The notes under the pieces are model-generated. The model did not search any database, was not told where the DNA came from, and saw only the letters and a program-made list of their open reading frames with translations. Position numbers and translations under genes: made by a program. Below are positions 39,781-54,330 of a stretch of 64,000 bases of DNA, one piece after another; the stretch's first letter is position 1; each line of letters starts with the position of its first letter. The DNA lies in the NCBI RefSeq assembly GCF_009914755.1, contig NC_060926.1, one strand, 5' to 3'. This DNA comes from the human T2T-CHM13v2.0 reference genome, Homo sapiens.

Positions 39781-41587
39781 GACTCAGATTATAGAAAATC
39801 ATTCCCTTGCTTATAAATATTAGCTGCCTTCAATATTTATAAGACTTTTTGATCTTCACCTTTAGCTTAGATACTTTTGGCCATCCATGAACCAATTCTC
39901 TTGGCTTCTACCTTCTAACCCAAATATATCTGGGAAGCCCAACTGAAACCCCAGAAGTAGTCATGACATCAGGTAAATATCAAAACTTAAATTTTTTTGC
40001 TTATCTTTCTAATTTATGGCATGTAAGTAAGAGCTATTTTGCCAAATTCCTCTCCACTTGATTCAGATTACAATGAACTGAAAGCAAGAAGACAATTGTA
40101 TTTGAATGTTTTTAGTTTCTATTAATATATTTTTATTTAATCCATGAGAATTTACTTTTAGGTAGTATAAAGCTCTTTCTTTTTTTACAAGTTATCTAAA
40201 TATAAATCTTTTTATATGCTAAAACTTTATTTCATATTTTATAGATCATTTCTTTTATGTATTATCATGTCCAACTCCAGAATTTAGGTCAACTTAATAT
40301 TTGTTTCAAGTTACTAATTTGTCAATGTGCTGATATTGTTGTCAAAATAGCTGAAAAATAGCAAAACTACATTTCTACAATCAAAAACTATTTATTAAAA
40401 AGTATAGGCTCCTTATAGGCATGTCAACATACATTATGGGCTTAGCACAGTTTCTGGTACTAATAAATTTAATGGTAAATATGAGTTTTTAATGGATGAC
40501 ATCACTTACAGTTATTTTTATTATTATAGTTTCATTTTATGCAAATAATATAGTTTCCTTTTCTTAAGTCACTGCTGTCTGTTGTGTGGTTCTTGAGTCC
40601 TTGTTAACAAAATCAATAGAGGAATAATTAGAATAAAAAATAAACTTCTATTTATATTTATATAAAATAAATAATATAAATAAAACATTTATATTATATA
40701 AAATATAAATATATAATTCTATTTATATTTATTTTAATATATATTGAAATAGTATATATATACTATTTATAATTAGTATTCATTATTTCAAAAACGAATA
40801 AAGAAATTAAGATTTACTAATATTTAATAGACGTCATCAGGACCCTTAGGTCAGATGTCATATCAAATGGAGTAGAGTTAAAATATTTAAAAAGGCCATA
40901 ATTGTTCAGAATTCATGTGGCCACAGACAGTAAGCACATGTGGGATTAATCAAAGCTGAAAGACACCAGGTATTTAAAATAAATCCAGTTGTAACATTCA
41001 AAAATTTGAGGTTTTGTTTTTCTTCTCCCCCCCGCCAACCTACTGGATCAGCTGCTACAGAGATTAGGTTTCTCATTTCTGTATCCATACATAAAAATCT
41101 GCATTAAAATTTCTGTTCCTGGAAATAGGGTAGAAACCAGAAAAATCTACAGAACATCTGATTAGTTTAAAACACAATTAATCAGATGACTAGTGATTGG
41201 AATTTAGTCATTTTAGGAATTAAATCCTGTGGGGCACAGCTGCCAAAAGCATCCTATGTTTCACAGATTAGACAATGTTTAATTAATAGATTAAAAGTAA
41301 GCCAAGCAAAACATAAGCAGTATTCACACTTGTATTTTGGCTAGCCAAATATAATGTGTGGCAGGAAATTTAGGCTTATTTAATAGGGAGTCACTCAATT
41401 TCAAGCTAAAAAGCATTTCCTGGTTCTGGCCATACATCACTGCACTTGAGTCATGATCAATTTGAAATATTCACTATTTATTTAGCTCATGATATAATAC
41501 CATTCACGATCCATAATAGAGGCCATTATTTTGTACAAAAATGTTCTGCCATGATATTTTTAGAATATTTATTCAGAAATGTTTTCT

Positions 41588-42552
<965 letters not shown>

Positions 42553-43428
42553 ATCAAAAATATTTTCTAAATGAAAATTACAGAGGATATATTTATGGGT
42601 ATTTGACAAACAGCATGCACAGTATTATGCCTCTTTCTTGTCTCAGCCAGTAGATGATTCCTTTTTTACCAGTGGGTTCTATAGTTCCATATGCTTGCAT
42701 CCTATTTATTGGAAAATATTAAGAAGTCTTGAGTCCTGAGAACTACATCTCTACATATATTTATGTACACCCAAACAGATGACTGGTAAATGTGTTGCTG
42801 TCAGCTCTTTTTACTGGTCAGAACTTTGTGTCCTCCACAGAGAGTCAGCTCTATTACTGGAGCTTCAGGGTGGTAACCAAGCACAATCTAAAAAAAAGCT
42901 TTAAAATGTGAGCTTTAATATTAAAAGCAACAGTCTCAAAACTATAGTTAATATTCACCATCTTTCTTCTGCTTACTTTCAGCTAACACTTCAATAGATC
43001 TACCTTTCTGAAAGTTGTCATCAAACCTTCATGAGATGTGAGTCCCGATTACCTTGCCCTTACCAGGACATGGCTAAAGTCATAATCAGCTTATTTTTTT
43101 TTTTTTATTATCTCACATAGAAACGCCAAGAGGTTCCTCTAGGAATCTTCTGAGTTTCAGACATCTTCACTGAGTCTTTTATGTTACAAAAACCTTCATT
43201 TCTCGTCATGTTAATGGTCAGTTATCCCCACCCTACTACAGTAACTTCTTTTATGCCTGCTTTTCTATTGGTATGAGGAACTCAAAAATGACAGGATAAG
43301 AGTTGTAGCTATAAATTCATTGTAATTTTACTGAGAACCTGATGGAAGCCTGAAGACAAAGAATTCTAATCCTGTAAGCCTCAGGTTCTCATAAGAATTA
43401 CATGGAGATAAGAATTACATAGTCACCT

Positions 43429-43678
43429 CAGGCACGGTGGCTCATTCCTGTAATCCCAGCATTTTGGGAGGCCAAGGAGGGCAGATTGCCTGAGGTCAGG
43501 AGTTTGAGACCAGTCTGGCCAAAATGGTGAAGCCCTGTCTCTACTAAAAATACAAAAAAATTAGCTGGGTGTGGTGGCAGGTGCCTGTAAGCCCAGCTAC
43601 TCGGGAGGCTGAGGCAGGGGGATTGCTTGAACCAAGGAAGTGGGGGTTGCAGTGATCCGGGATCGTGCCACTGAACTT
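43429..43678 (+). mobile_element. AluS lacking its 3' end and poly-A
   Basis: Dimeric Alu that stops at cgtgccactgaacttcc and runs into ERVL sequence. Confidence 0.92.
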
Positions 43679-43963
43679 CCACTCTTACTTCTATTCCTTG
43701 ATTCCTGGGCCCATGCACTCTATCTGTTGGAAACACAGCACTATATAAGTCATTGGTTCAAAGAATATAGCTTTTAAAAATATGTTTTCATGTTTGCTCA
43801 GGATAGCAGCTACTCAGTAATGCAGTATCTGACTGGGCTCACGAATCTTATGGTCCATGTACTCATTGTCAAATTCTCTTTGATTTAAATGCATCCCTTG
43901 GCCCTAGACAATGCCAGCTGAAACCTGTGACAGTAAGTCACAGTTCTAGAAGTCTTTATATAG

Positions 43964-45020
43964 TTTCTTTTGTGTGGAGCAGCTCTTTAGCTTAATTAGA
44001 TCTCACTTGTCAATTTTGGCTTTTGTTGCAATTGCTTTTGGTGTTTTAGTCATGAAGTATTTTCCTATACCTATGTCCTGAATGGTATTGCTTAGGTTTT
44101 CTTCTACGGTTTTTATGGTACAAGGTCTTATGTTTTAGTCTTTAATCCATCTGAGTTAATTTTTGTATAAGGTGTAAGGAAGGGGTCCAGTTTCACTTTT
44201 CTGCATATGGCTAGCCAGTTTTCCCAACACCGTTTATTAAACAGGGAATCCTTTCCCCATTGCTTGTTTGTGTCAGGTTTGTCAAAGATCAGATGGTTGT
44301 AGATGTGTGGCATTATTTCTGAGGCCTCTGTTCTGTTCCATTGCTCTATATATCTGTTTTGGTACCAGTACCATGCTGTTTTGGTTACTGTAGCCTTGTA
44401 GTATAGTTTGAAATCAGGTAGCATGATGCCTCCAGCTTTGTTGTTTTTACTTAGGATTTTCATGGCTATATGGGCTCTTTTTTGGTTCCATATGAAATTT
44501 AAAGTAGTTTTTTCTATTCTGTGAAGAAAGTCAATGGTAGCTTGATGTGGATAACATTGAATATATAAATTACTTTGCACTGTTCACAATAGAAAAGACT
44601 TGGAACGAACCCAAATGCCCATCAGTGATAGTCTGGATAAAGAAAATGTCACACATATACACCATGGAATACTATGCAGCCATAAAAAAGAAGGAGTTCA
44701 TGTCCTTTGCAGGGACATGGATGAAGCTGGAAGCCATCATTCTCAGCAAAGTAACACAGGAACATAAAACCAAACACTGCATGTTTTCACTCATAAGTGG
44801 GAGTTGAACAATGAGAACACATGGACACAGGGAGGGGAAAATCACACACCAGGGCAGTCGGGGGTTGAGGGACTAGGGGAGGGAAAACATTGGGAGAAAT
44901 ACCTAATGTAGATGACGGGTTGATGGGTGCAGCATACCATCATGGTATGTGTATACCTATGTAAGTAACCTGCACATTCTGCACATGTATCCCAGAATTT
45001 AAGTTATAATTTTTTTAAAA
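43964..45020 (+). mobile_element. L1PA7-like element, 5'-truncated and 5'-inverted
   Basis: 43964-44577 antisense ORF2 ([23 protein letters not shown]); 44578-45020 sense ORF2 end and 3'UTR; TSD AAGTCTTTATATAG 43950-43963 / AAGTATTTATATAG 45021-45034. Confidence 0.95.
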
Positions 45021-46035
45021 AAGTATTTATATAGAGGTGAAAAAAAGGCACTGAGGGCAGAGATAACAAATTCATATCCAGAATACAATTTAAATCTCAG
45101 GGACTATAAGCAACCCTCCCCTCCATGTAGTAAAGATGTGGACAATCAATCTAAGTAGTACCATATCAAGGGCTTACCATCAGTCATACATTCAGCAATG
45201 ACAGCAGATAAATGAGTCTTGTTGAGAAAAGCCCTATGTTACTGTGCTCATTAATAAGCACTACATGTATCATCATGTCTATTTCATTCATAGGCCCACT
45301 GTACAAGTACTGAAATGGCTGATGACAGAGGATGTTCGACCCAGATGAGTCATCTTGTTCACTTAGTTTTGAAGTACCTCTTTTGAATGAGGCTTTAACA
45401 TGACACAAAAACAAATCTGCATTTGTGTCCACTCCTATACCTCCATCAGCACGCCACTTCTCCTGAACTCTTACTTAGCCTCTGGACCTTTCTCTCTTCC
45501 TCCTTTCAGACCTCTCACCAACAAACCAAATCATTGCCACTTCTCAAGTTTGCAAGCATACCTTTACCTCTGATGACTTCTTCCATGAAACTAAGGTGAT
45601 AACAATGTGTATTGCTCACAGTTCAGCTTGTTGGGAAGATTTCCCTCTCATCACTGTCCTCACAGCTATATCTAAATGTGGATGTGGAGCAGTGGTAGTC
45701 CATTTTTAGCTTGTAGTAACATATGGAGTGAGTCATCAACAACTGCTGTTCTAGTATGTATCTATGCATGTATTGATTTATTGTGTAAACATTTCTTCTT
45801 TATAAATAAAATAAAATATAATTTGAATTAAATGTAGGACTTCGGGTAAAAGAAAAAAATAGTAAAAAGAAAAGGCCAGGAATAAAATGTTGTTCACAAA
45901 ATCAGACTGTGAAGTTTGGTGCACTGAAAAGATACAGAAATTGCTGCTGGGATAATAGAGCACATATCATGGATTTCCTTTGTAAAATATGTTTCTCTTC
46001 AGTGACAATACATTCGTGAAATATTTCATACCATC

Positions 46036-46417
46036 TGGTAGAGTTTAAGTATATGTGTCCCTCCCAAATTCATATGTTGGAACTCAGACCCCACAGTGAT
46101 GGTATTAAGACGTGGGACTTTTAGTAAGTAGTTAGGTTATGAGGGCACAACCCCCACGAAGGAATTAATGCTCAAGGGAACTAGCTAGTACTTTTTAGTC
46201 CTTCCATCCCTTCCACCATGTGAGTACATAATGTTTACCCCCTCAGGAAGATGCAGCAACAATGTCCCTTCTCAGGAGCAGAGACCAGACCCTCAATAGA
46301 TACTGAACCTGCTGGCACTTTAATTTTGTACTCCCAGCCTCAATAACTGTGAGCCATAAGTTTATGCAGTTTATATGTTACTCAGTCTCAGGTATTTTGT
46401 TATAGCAGCATAAGACA
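46036..46417 (+). mobile_element. MST (MSTC/D-like) solo LTR
   Basis: gtgtccctcccaaattcatatgttg...gtctcaggtattttgttatagcagcataagaca; 5-bp TSD CCATC. Confidence 0.88.
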
Positions 46418-46439
46418 CCATCTATTACATAATCAAAAA

Positions 46440-49400
46440 ATATAACAAAAGAAAAAGTAGCAAATTCAACTAAGAAAATAAGGAGATGGCAGAAGGTTGA
46501 TAAAAGTAAAAAGGAAACATATGAACAAAAGCTGGTTCTTTGAAAAAATAAATTAAACTAAACTCTAGCCAGACTAACCAAGACAAGAACAGAGAAGACA
46601 AAAATTACCAATATCAGGAATGAAACAAAAGTCATCACTTATTAGCCCAAGGACTATAATAGGATAGTAAAGGAACACCAAGAATGACTATTGCCATAAA
46701 TTTGATAACTTACATAAAATGTATCAATTTCTTGAAAGACTCAAACTAACTCACACAAAGAGAAATAGATAACATGATAGCCCTATACCAATTAAAGATT
46801 TTGACTCAATGATTAATAACCTTTGAAAAAATGTAGTACCAGGCCCAGTTACTTTTGTATTCTACCAAACACTTCAGAAGAAAATAATACCGATATCCAC
46901 AATCATTTCTAGAAAAATAGAAGCAGAGGGAATACTTCCTAACTCCCTCCCTGAGGCCAGAATTAACCTAATGCAGACCATTATCCTCTTAAACACTGAT
47001 GCAAAAATCCCTCGTAAAATAATGGCTAATTGAATCCAACAATATATAGAAAGAATTGTATACCAAGACCAAGTAAGATTTATTTTAGGTAAGCAAGTCT
47101 GGTGTAACATTAAAAAATCAATCAACATAATCCACCATATCAACAGGATAAAGAAAAAAAATTATATTATCATATCAATTGATGCACAAAAAGCATTGAT
47201 AAAATCCAATACCTATTCATGATAAAAAAAAAAGTTTGGAAAATTAGGAATAAAGAATAATTTCCTTAACTTGATGAAAACATTTATTTAAAAAAAACAT
47301 ATATTTGATCGTCAGAGATTGGATGCTTTCCTACTGATGTCCTTGGAAACAAGGCAAAAATTTCTTCTTTCACACTCCTATACAACATGTATTAAAGGAC
47401 AAACTATTACAATAGGATAGTTTGACAGTTTCTTACAAAGTTAAACACTTCCTTACCTTATGAACTACAAACCATGCTTTTAGGTATTTATCCAACTGAT
47501 TTAAAAAATAGAACACATAAAAACCTGCATGTGGATATCTATGGCAGACCTATTCATAATTGTCTAAAACTTGAAGTAACTAATATGTCCCTTAAGAGGT
47601 AAATGGATAAAGAGAGAGTGGTACATGTATATAATGAAATACTATTCAGCAATAATGAACGTATTATCAAGCTATGCAAATACATGAATGAATCTTAAAT
47701 TCATATTTCTATCTGAAAGAAGACAGTCTAAAAAACTGTATACTATATGATTCCAATGATATAAGGTTCTGGAAAAGGTAAAACAATAGAGGTATTTAAA
47801 AACATCAGTGGATTCCAGGAATACAGGGTAGGGGCAGAGGTAAATAGGTAAATCACATGGGATCTTTTAGGGTGGTGGAAAACATTCTACATGAAACTGT
47901 AATCATGGAAACATGGCATCATGAATTTGTCAAGGCCTATAGGGCACAAAGACTAAAACTGAACACTATTGCAAAAAACCCTTGTGATGGTTAATATTAC
48001 GTGTCAACTTGATTGAAGGATGCTTGGATAGCTGGTAAAGTATTGTTTCTGGGTGTGTCTGTAAGGGTGTTACGAGAGGAGATTAATATTTGAGTCAGTG
48101 GACTGGAAAAGGAGGACTCATACTCAATGCGGGTGGGCACCATTCAATCAGCTGCCAGCATGGCTAGAACAAAGCAAGTGAAAGAAGATAGGATAAGCTG
48201 GCTCACTGAGTCTTCTGGCTTTCATCCTTCTCCCATGCTGGATGCTTCCTGCACTTGGACATCAGACTCCAGGTTCTTTGGTCTTTGGACCCTTGGACTT
48301 ACAACAGTGGTTTGCCAGGGGCTCTCAGGCCTTCGGCCACAGATTAAAGGTTGTACTGTTGGATTCCTTACTTTTGAGGCTTTTGGACTCAGCCTGAGCC
48401 ACTACTGGCTTCCTTCCTCCTCAGCTTGCAGACAGCCTATCATGGGACACACCTTTTGATTGTGTGAGTTAATAAACTCCCTTTCATATATACATATATC
48501 CTATTAGTTCTGTCCCTCTGGAGAATCCTGACTAATACAACCCTTATGTATGGAAAACATTAAGATCATTTAGAAGGTCAAGAGTTATCAGAATAGAATG
48601 AAGAATGAGACAAACTAACCATATAACAAATTAAAAAAAAAACAACAAACCTGAAAGTGCTGACCTAAGCGATTTTGGAAAGGAGTTTTTGAAACCAAAT
48701 GTGGTAAGAACCAGATGTAAATATTGTACTTGAGATGATAGATTTCTCCCAACTAGGTACAGGTTAACAATTCTGAAGCCATATATATTCGAATATATAT
48801 ATGAAGGACATATATTCGAATTGAACAATTAAAGAATGATGAACAGTGGGAATCAGTTTCTCACATTTAAAGTGGGTCATTACAGACCAGCAAAAGTAGA
48901 ATCGTAGAATGATCAATGTGGTAATAAATTAGAAGTCATCACTGTGAACTCATGCTTGGCTCAAAATAGGTACATATAGTTATATAAAAAAGATATTTAG
49001 AGAATTATGTGTGTATGTATATATGCATGTGTCTGTGTATGTATATATACACATATGATAACACATATAGGAATATATATAGTTACTATATAGTTAACCT
49101 ATATGTAGTTAACAACACATATAGAAACATATACAGTTCCTTATTCTCTCAGCTAAGCAGATCTAGAGGCAATGACACACCAGTGGCAACCATGACACCT
49201 AGTACCCAGATTTTGGTTTCTAATATCATTTTCAGTAGAAGGAAACAGTGAGTCTTAGAAAAATGTCTCATTCCAGGACTTGGAAGGAAATATTTATGAT
49301 GAGTTTGAAGCATAGTATAATGCCAGAAAGTAGAATACTAAAACAAACAAAAGACACCCAAAAAACAAAAAGCAGCATTGGAAGTAAATTAAAGGGACAC

Positions 49401-50322
49401 AAGAGCTAACTAAAAAAGCTACTAATGTCCATACCTGGAACAATTTGGGCAACAGAATAAATAAAGTGGTATTAGATTAAAACCCAAAGTGTAAAATAAA
49501 TATCCATGAGTCTATATTGATAGAAATCAATTACTGAATTAAAAAAATAGATTGAGAAGAAAAAGTAAATCTCTTATGCAGATGAATTCAAATAATTTAT
49601 GTAGATATTCTACCCTCAAAAATAGAAAGCATAACTTCTCAAATATTTTTAAGCCATAGTGACTTCCTTCCTAAGTATACAGTATGGATAGGGGAAAAAA
49701 GAGTAACTTTAAAGTGGAGAAACTTCAAATAAGCAAACAAACAAACAAAAAACAACTACTCTGCCAAATAATCAAAGTCAACATCAACAGTGATAAGTCA
49801 TGTTGATAGTATATATCCTTGGTATTATGTGATGTCACTTTACCTTGTGGTCTTCCTCCCCAAAACACATAATCGGTCTTGTCATAAAAAAAAAAAAGCA
49901 AAAAAAAAAAAAACAAAACAAAACAACAACAACAAAAAATCTCCCAAATGAGGGAGAGTCTACAAAATACCTCACCAGTAACACTCAAAACTGTCAAGGT
50001 TATCAAAAACAAGCAAAACCTAAGAAATTGTCTCAGTCAAAAGGAGCAACCACTAAATATAATGTGGTATGTTGAAACAGACTGTGGAACAGAAAAAGAA
50101 TGTAAGGGAAAAAACTAAGAAAATCTGAATAAAGTATGAACTTTAGTTAAAAAAAAAAGTGCGTATCAATATTAGCTCATTTGTTAGGACAAATGTACCA
50201 TACTAATGTAAGCTGTCAATAATAGGGAACACCAGCTATGAAAAATAAGCAAACTCTGTAATGTTTTCACAATTTTTCTCTAAATCTAAAACTCTTTTCG
50301 AATAAAAGTTTATATTAAAAAA
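46440..50322 (+). mobile_element. L1MC3-like element: deleted ORF2 pieces plus long 3'UTR, split by MLT2A
   Basis: ORF2 remnants (gctggttctttgaaaa, atcaattgatgcacaaaaagcatt) and 3'UTR motifs (aaatatccatgagtc, gtcaacatcaacagtgataagtcatgttgatag, aaatctaaaac). Confidence 0.85.
47983..48539 (+). mobile_element. MLT2A (A2-like) solo LTR of HERVL
   Basis: tgtgatggttaatatt..gtgtcaacttgattg...ctgtccctctggagaatcctgactaataca; 5-bp TSD ACCCT. Confidence 0.92.
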
Positions 50323-52806
50323 TGAGCATATTAGTTCCAAGATTAAAAGGAAAAAAAGGATATATATTACAAATAAGACAATTCAAAACTATTATAAGTT
50401 AACATTTAAAAATAGATAAAATAAGATACTAAGAATGAATAGATAAATAATTGACTTTATAACAAAGGACAAAATTTGAAAATGAAAAGCCACAACATAA
50501 AAATTTGAGCATAATAACTCTGAAGAGACCAGATAGTTTTGTGAAGCTGTGAGAATCTAAAAGTTTGTGAGGTTAAGGATAAGCTTTAGTGAAATTGAAA
50601 ATGGTGATATCTCACGGTAACAAGAGATACATTGAAATAGGCATATCCAGAAAACAAAAGAAAAGGCGGGATGGTGTATGGATGTGGGGGGGTGGGGAGG
50701 GAATCTGTGTAGAAACAAACCACATTTTCTAGTGACATCAATCTTACACAATAGGATTGTTGTAAACTTTGGTTCTGGAATATGAAATCCATCAGGGCTG
50801 AACCTCAGAACAGAGGACTATTTTTATATTTTTGTTTGCCTTTACTTTATACTTGCTTCTGAAACCACTGGAGATGAGCTAAGCTTTCCAAATAAGTGAT
50901 TTGCTTCTAGACCTCAGATAAAGTTGAAAGGTGATAAGAAGCCATGGGTGGTAGTACCTAAAAAATTATGCATTTCTCTGAACTGTTAAAATGAAAATTA
51001 AACTGAAAAAAAGAAAAGAAAAATAACTTTGATGTGTGAATGTATACTTAAAAGTTTAGATGTGGCATTTCTTGAAAGTGAGATCATATTAAAAATTAAG
51101 TGACTACATAAAAATTTCAATCATGCTAGATGCTACAGTCTATCTTGAATATAAAAATTAACTATAATTATTAAGGGTATACATATCTTCAGTTGAATGA
51201 TATTATTCCAAATGAATATATATTACAGCATACACATTTCTCATGGTCTTCTAATACTTGAAAACATTCAGAGAGAAATGTTCATGTTGAATAATCTGAT
51301 TCACTTTTCAGATTGTTTTTTGTCTTTACTTTTATCCTGTACTGTCTTCAACATGTTTAATACACTTGCAGAGAAGCTAAAAAGTTTTTATAAAACAAGT
51401 ACATCTGTCTCTGAGTTTCACCATCAACACAACTTCTTTCCTCAACAAATGCTTTCAAGTCAAAATACTCCCAGAGGCAAAGCTCTAAAAAAAAGGCAAA
51501 TGGGAATCAAGGTATCTGTTATGTATCTAAATACTTTAATAATTCTTCAACTTAGAAATTTTTACCCTTTCCTTTATCATATAACACTTGTTTGAGAGAA
51601 AGAGGGAGAACTAAATATTTTATGCAAATATGAAAATAATATTTAATATAAATGTTAGAAATACTTGGTATATAAAAGTTCAGTTTTATAGTGAATAGTT
51701 GAAATTTTTCAAAGTTGTTTTCCATAAAAGGATAAATTATTCATTTGTGCATAACTCAAAAAACATATTAATGTTTTCATTTGACAAATTAAATTGTCCA
51801 TGTTTTTTTCTGTATTCTTTTATTAATATTGACTGTTTTCAGCATTTGGAGTAGAGCTTATGACCAAGAATAGCTTTGAGAAATTAAGACAATTAGGGTT
51901 TGGAAGGAAATGTGTTGGACACTTTTACATATGAGACATTTATTCATTATAGTTACACGCAAAAATTGCAATAATTGACTAACGGAAAGAACATAAAAAC
52001 TTGATTTTGAAGTGAATGTCCTTCGTTATTGAACAATGTAAGAGAACTGTAGTTTTCTGCAAATGTCTTACAATTTATTTTAATACAACATATAGAGTGA
52101 ATTTTTTTCATTCTAGCTAGCTTCTATTTTAATCTGATGACACATTAAAGAATTTGTTAAATCACAAAGTGGTGTTGCTTCAGAGCCATAAGAAACATTC
52201 CAGTGTTCACATACATTTCTCCTTTTGCAGAAAAAAAATAAATAAGTTATTAGTCCAATTCTATAAAGCTGACTAGTAACAGAGTCAGAAAAAGATATCT
52301 AGATGAGTTACCTTTTAACTACATCAAATCATACATATACTTATATATGTTTTATACATATGATTAATGATTATTTCTAGTTTACAAATATGCATTCTCC
52401 TCTAGAATTTTAGGTAACCCCAAAGTCATATTTAGGAAAATATGACTAAAATTGTTTATTAGTTTCTAATACAGTTTGCAAAAAGGGAAAGATAATTCTT
52501 ACATGTTTAACTGTTTATCTCTCTAGTGTGCAGCATATCCTAGTTTTCCTAAACAGGAAAGAGTAAGCATTTCATTAAACACATTTTTATACAAAAATTC
52601 AAAACACAAAGCCCATGGGCATTTGCACACCCAAACACAGCATAAGTATATACAATGTATGTAAATTACATTGCAATTTTAAAAGTATAATTAGTCTACA
52701 AATAAACATTAAAGATATATGAACAATAGAAAACAGAAAGAGATGAATAAAAATTGTTGAAAATAGATCATAAGGTAGTATGTGTTATTAAGGTCCTTTC
52801 TCCTTT

Positions 52807-52934
52807 TTTTTTTAAAAAAACTTATTTATATTTTCTAATTTTCCTATGGTAAATAATGTTCAGTGAAACATTTTTTTAAAAAAACTTATTTATATTTTCT
52901 AATTTTTCTATGAAAAATAATGTTTAGTGAAACA
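52807..52934. repeat. 64-bp tandem duplication
   Basis: 52807-52870 vs 52871-52934, 4 substitutions. Confidence 0.93.
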
Positions 52935-53819
52935 TTTTAAAAGTCAACATTATAAAAAATATGGAATCATATTTCTAAGTATATTTAAATATTTATTTGT
53001 GAAGGCAGATTTAAGTTATATTTTTCAAAAGCAAAACTTGTATGATTATATATTTTAAAATATTTTTCAAAATAATAGAAAATATAATAGAGGATAATTT
53101 ACAAAATATCTGTTTTATTAGTGTTAACTTTTCAAATCCTCAAAAGTATCCAAACATAGTAGTTCAGTCTGATGCTTTGTTTTTCAATCGTTTTCATAAT
53201 TCTCACCAGCAGACAGATGAATGAAAATTGGAATAAGTAATAGCACCTATCTCCTAAATGAAAACAATGCATCACATGACTATCACATCCATTTATTGAG
53301 GGCTTTCCCAACTTCTGCTGCTTTTTAAATCCATTTCTAAAATTCCTTGAATAAGAAAATATTTAATAATGTGAAAATAAATGATGTTACTTTTTTTTTT
53401 CTTTTCAAATTCTTCTCATGTTAGTTTTATTCCAACAGAATCAATGTCTATTAATAAAGTGGCCTGAATTGGGGAATTAGGAGAAAAGTAAGCAAAATTA
53501 ATGAAAACCAAAACAGTATTTTTCTTACAATAAAATGAAAAATGAAGGAGAGAAAAAAAAGAATTTAAGGGGACAATTTCTTAAGACTATTTAAAGGGTA
53601 TAGTAAAAGAGTATCAACACAAAAGACGTGATGGGAGGGTAAATTATACAATGAATCATATCAAGATAATTAATCAACAGTTTTTACCCTCAAATGCCTG
53701 CTTGGGTACGTGCTTGATTTTTCAAATGCTCAAATTAAAAAAAAAAAGTTCAATAATAATTTTGGTGTTATTCTATTTGATTTTGTTTGCAGAATGAGTC
53801 GGCAATGTATAATGGAACA

Positions 53820-54330
53820 AATTGACTCTTGGCTGACTGGCTAAGTCGTTTAGCCTCTCTGAGCCACATTTCCCTTAACTATAAAATGAGGTTTAAAAAA
53901 AGAAGTCCACTCTGAAGGCTTGTGATGTGGATAAATGCTTTTAACTTCTTACTTGAGCCCATTGAAGGTAGGTACTCTGTCCTATTTGCCTTTTTGTTCC
54001 CAGTACCTAGCCCAGAATCTGGTGCAAATAGACACTTGATAAATATCTATTCATTTTCTATTTCTTTCTATATAAATAAAACTCTTCTAGGCAGACCTTT
54101 GATTTTGATTCTGAGACATATTTGGAATGAAAATATTTTAGAATCATACAGACAGGAGTTTGAATTTCAGCTACACACTTCCTAAATATATGGTATTAAG
54201 CACAAGATTTGATCCTCATTTGCATCAATGGAGATGGATGTTAAAAAGTAAATAACAAAACTATACATCTTTCTACCTCCAAACATTGTTGAAAATATAA
54301 AACATAACGTTTATTATATGCCTTGCTTTT
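53820..54330 (+). mobile_element. MIR / L2 3' end / MIR cluster
   Basis: agcctctctgagccacatttccc..ctataaaatgagg; cccagtacctagcccag..tggtgcaaatagacacttgataaata; gaatcatacagacaggagtttgaatt. Confidence 0.6.

Larger units (their letters stand above)
43040..45750 (-). mobile_element. ERVL internal pol remnant (RNase H, integrase, dUTPase region), interrupted by Alu and L1
   Basis: ORF text [12 protein letters not shown] matches ERVL RIHGSRNQGVEV; FLCHVKA matches FVSHVNAH; ctggatatgaattt (SGY-F) near 45070; many stops. Confidence 0.8.

Noticed and set aside
40620-40800. Extremely AT-rich tract
   Set aside because: Low complexity with no consistent unit or symmetry
48781-48800. 20-bp perfect palindrome ATATATATTCGAATATATAT
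   Set aside because: Mostly TA dinucleotides inside an L1 3'UTR; expected by chance
51197-51595. 132-aa ORF in unique DNA
   Set aside because: Composition reflects AT-rich codons; no recognisable homology
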